Assembly (NCBI GenBank): GCA_013265495.1
Contig: MU062417.1
Coordinates: 11,686,271-11,750,270, forward strand
Reading direction: 5' to 3'
Source: Vicugna vicugna
Lineage: Eukaryota
Length of the DNA: 64,000 nucleotides
The position numbers and the translations under genes were made by a program. The notes below the pieces were generated by a model. The model made no database searches. It was not told the DNA's origin and worked only from the letters and a program-made list of their open reading frames with translations. Positions 61,523 to 64,000 of the stretch are shown here, in pieces; position 1 is the stretch's first letter; every line of letters starts with the position of its first letter.

Positions 61523-62133
61523 TGTTTTCCTTTTTGCTGCTGCCTTCAATAACTCTAACCCTAACCCAGCCCTACATAATCCATCAAGCGATCAAGCGGG
61601 AGATGGAGGTACCATTTCCATCTGGGATAAACAGAAATCTCTAGCCCTTCAAACCACAACACATGGAGATATATATATATATATTTTTGTGTGTGTGTGT
61701 GCTGCCTGAGGCCAGACACACATCCTGCGAATCCTGCAAGCCCGTTATCAGAGCCCGTCGGTTTGGGATCCAGAGTGAGCAGCATAAACAGGCTGAAAAT
61801 GATTCCTGGAAACCAGGTCCCGTGAACTTGCGGCTGCAGCAAGTCAGTAGCGCAAACGAGCTTTTCCACATGACGTTAATTTACAGGGACGAATAAATCC
61901 TTCCGCTCTTTGCTCCTCCTCTGGGAGCTGACGATCCCTGAGGGTAAAGGGAAGCAGGTGCTATTGATCTTACATTTAAGAAATACATGCTCGTGGGTGC
62001 CCGCGCGCACACGCACACTCACACGCTCCTGTGAGCACGCGCGTGCCATCAGGGGCGCCACTGCAGTGAGACCAAGCGCCTCCAGCTTGGCGAGGTTAGG
62101 ACCAGCTCCTCCTTTTCTGTCCCAATAAGAATA

Positions 62134-62166
<33 letters not shown>

Positions 62167-63099
62167 ACTGTTGTCTTTCGGTCACTAATGTATTTCACAA
62201 TTATGAGTAAAGTATGTTTCCAGTTTTAAGAAGCCATACCTTTCCCCACCTTGACTTTGGGCACTTTGATCAGTACTTCAGCGAGAGCAGTCTGAGCCCA
62301 GGAAATGACAAGGAGAGATGAAAAAAGGCGGAACTTTCGAGAAACGTTTACAGGCAGGCAAGGCTATCGATTGCCACATGATGAGAAAATGAAGAAAGAT
62401 GGGGCATGTTTCACGATATTGATCCGACCTATTAGCAACAGTGGCAGGTCACTTCATCCTCCCCAAATCCTTTCCAAGTTCCAGCAAGAGAGTGTGTGTG
62501 TGTGTGCACGTGCACATGCATGAGTGTGTGTGTGCATGCATGTATAACAGAGAGAGATTGCAAGAGAAATAGAGAACAGGAGAGAAAAATGAGAGAGAGA
62601 GGAGTATTTACAATGGGATGGACAAAAGAATTGAGGAGCTTTAAATCCAGAAAGCAGCTAGTGTGGACCTGCCAGATGTTGAGGTCATAAAATTTTGAGG
62701 ACTTGAATCCGCAAGAATAAGTAGCAGTCTAAAGGAGCAGCGGGATGAGACACAACAGCCTTTCAGAAACTTAGAGACTGGCCCTTGTGGCTAGATTTCT
62801 GGAGCTTCTGGGAGTCTCTGTTCTGTCCTCCAGTGATCGCTGGACCCAAAAATCCACCATTAGAGACTCACTGTGGGAACGGAATGGGGGTCTGTCTTTG
62901 CAGGGGGGTCCCTTTTAGGAGAGAAATAGGGCAACTTAAGGTATTATTTATTGTAAGGTGTTCATGGCATCAGAGCTTATTGTGAGTGAAGGGAAAGTGG
63001 CTGGGAGTTGGGAGGGGGAGATTCTGGAGAAGAGAGTAAGAGGAGAAAAAAGTGATGCAGGGAAAGCAAAACAGGGCCCCAGGCTGGCCAGGGACAGAG

Positions 63100-63295
63100 A
63101 CTGGAGTTCCGGCTTTGTCATCAAGACGCCAGGATCTGCATCTTGGCTCTGCCTCCTGCGAACTCTGAGGCACTGCCACGCAACTTTCCCTCTGTGAACC
63201 CGAGATAAAGCCCTGGCTTGTTGTGAAGATTAGAGTTAACGTTTATGAAGTCCAGTGCCCGGTGCCTGGCGGATGCCAAGAAACTGGCTGTTCCT
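63100..63295 (+). mobile_element. MIR
   Basis: cttggctctgcc..ttgttgtgaagattagagttaacgtttatgaag..gtgcccggtgcctggc. Confidence 0.6.
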
Positions 63296-63499
63296 GCCCT
63301 GGAGGGAAGCCACGAGCGCCGGGAAGCCAGGAGGGGAGATTCAGGAGCTGATGCTACAACTGCTTACGGGTGGACGATGCCATCTCGTCCCCTCCTAACT
63401 CATCCACTCTCCACACAGCCCCTCAGAAATGACTGGAAGAGTCTGACCCCCTTCCCAGGGAAGAAACAGGAGCTAAGACATCTTTGCTCCCACTGCCCC

Positions 63500-63790
63500 T
63501 TCTCCTGAAGCATTCATCCCTTCTCCAGGTCCTCTGCCTGCCTGACGCGTAACGCCTTCACTTCCTTCAAGGTTTTTTTTGCTTTGTTATGTTTTTTAAA
63601 TCAAATATTACCTTCTCAGCGAACCCAAGGTTATTCTGATCACTGTACTTAAAATTGCCAGGTATCTGCTGCACCCCGCACCCCAGTACTCCCAAGGTCT
63701 CTTCGTTGCATTTTTTTCATATAGGACTTACCACTTGATAGCAATACAATGTTCGTTTTTACTAGTCTTACTTTTGTATTTACTTGGTAA
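63500..63790 (+). mobile_element. L2 3' region
   Basis: ttcacttccttcaagg..aaatattaccttctcagcgaa..cactgtacttaaaattgc. Confidence 0.55.
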
Positions 63791-63803
63791 TTGGTAATAA
63801 TAC

Positions 63804-64000
63804 TGTCAGCAAATAGGGTGGGGGGGTCCCAGAGAAAGAACCAGGCATGGCTTACTTGATGTAAGAGACACCATTTTTGGCCAAAGCCATTTTGTGATCT
63901 CAGCCTGGCCGCGATGCTGGCCCTTGAACAGGTCTCAGTAATTAATGATCTCAAGGGAACAAAAGAAGGCAGAAACGAAAGGCAAGAGAAGTCATAGTAG
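63804..64000 (+). mobile_element. Probable ERV LTR 5' part, running off the window
   Basis: Starts TGTCAG and interrupts the L2 relic; gccattttgtgatctcagcctgg is LTR-like. The 3' end and TSD are not visible. Confidence 0.5.

Noticed and set aside
1-64000. Protein-coding genes among the six-frame ORFs
   Set aside because: All are under 200 aa, many start at non-ATG codons, none has a recognisable domain, and no consistent exon chain with splice sites was found. Many overlap repeats.

Overview
This is mammalian non-coding DNA (intergenic or deep intronic), very probably from a camelid: it has five tRNA-Ala-derived SINEs of the camelid Vic-1 type plus short L1 3' ends of a matching lineage. I found no credible protein-coding exon, tRNA, rRNA or CRISPR array. 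Every six-frame ORF looks like a chance ORF, an antisense-L1 ORF or a low-complexity ORF. Much of the window is transposon relics (MIR, L2, old and young L1, MLT1, ERV1-type solo LTRs, hAT MER5/MER33/MER58/Charlie1), and there are two assembly gaps. Repeat family names come from my memory of consensus sequences, not from a database search. Boundaries are approximate unless a target-site duplication (TSD) is quoted. The most unusual structure is at about 31.8-32.7 kb: a 95-bp hairpin-bearing unit is duplicated in inverted orientation into an MLT1 LTR, next to a perfect 19-bp inverted repeat. Non-repeat segments carry dense homeodomain, TALE and bHLH motif clusters and one strong CTCF site, which suggests an enhancer-rich regulatory region. 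The sequence alone does not support a new biological system.
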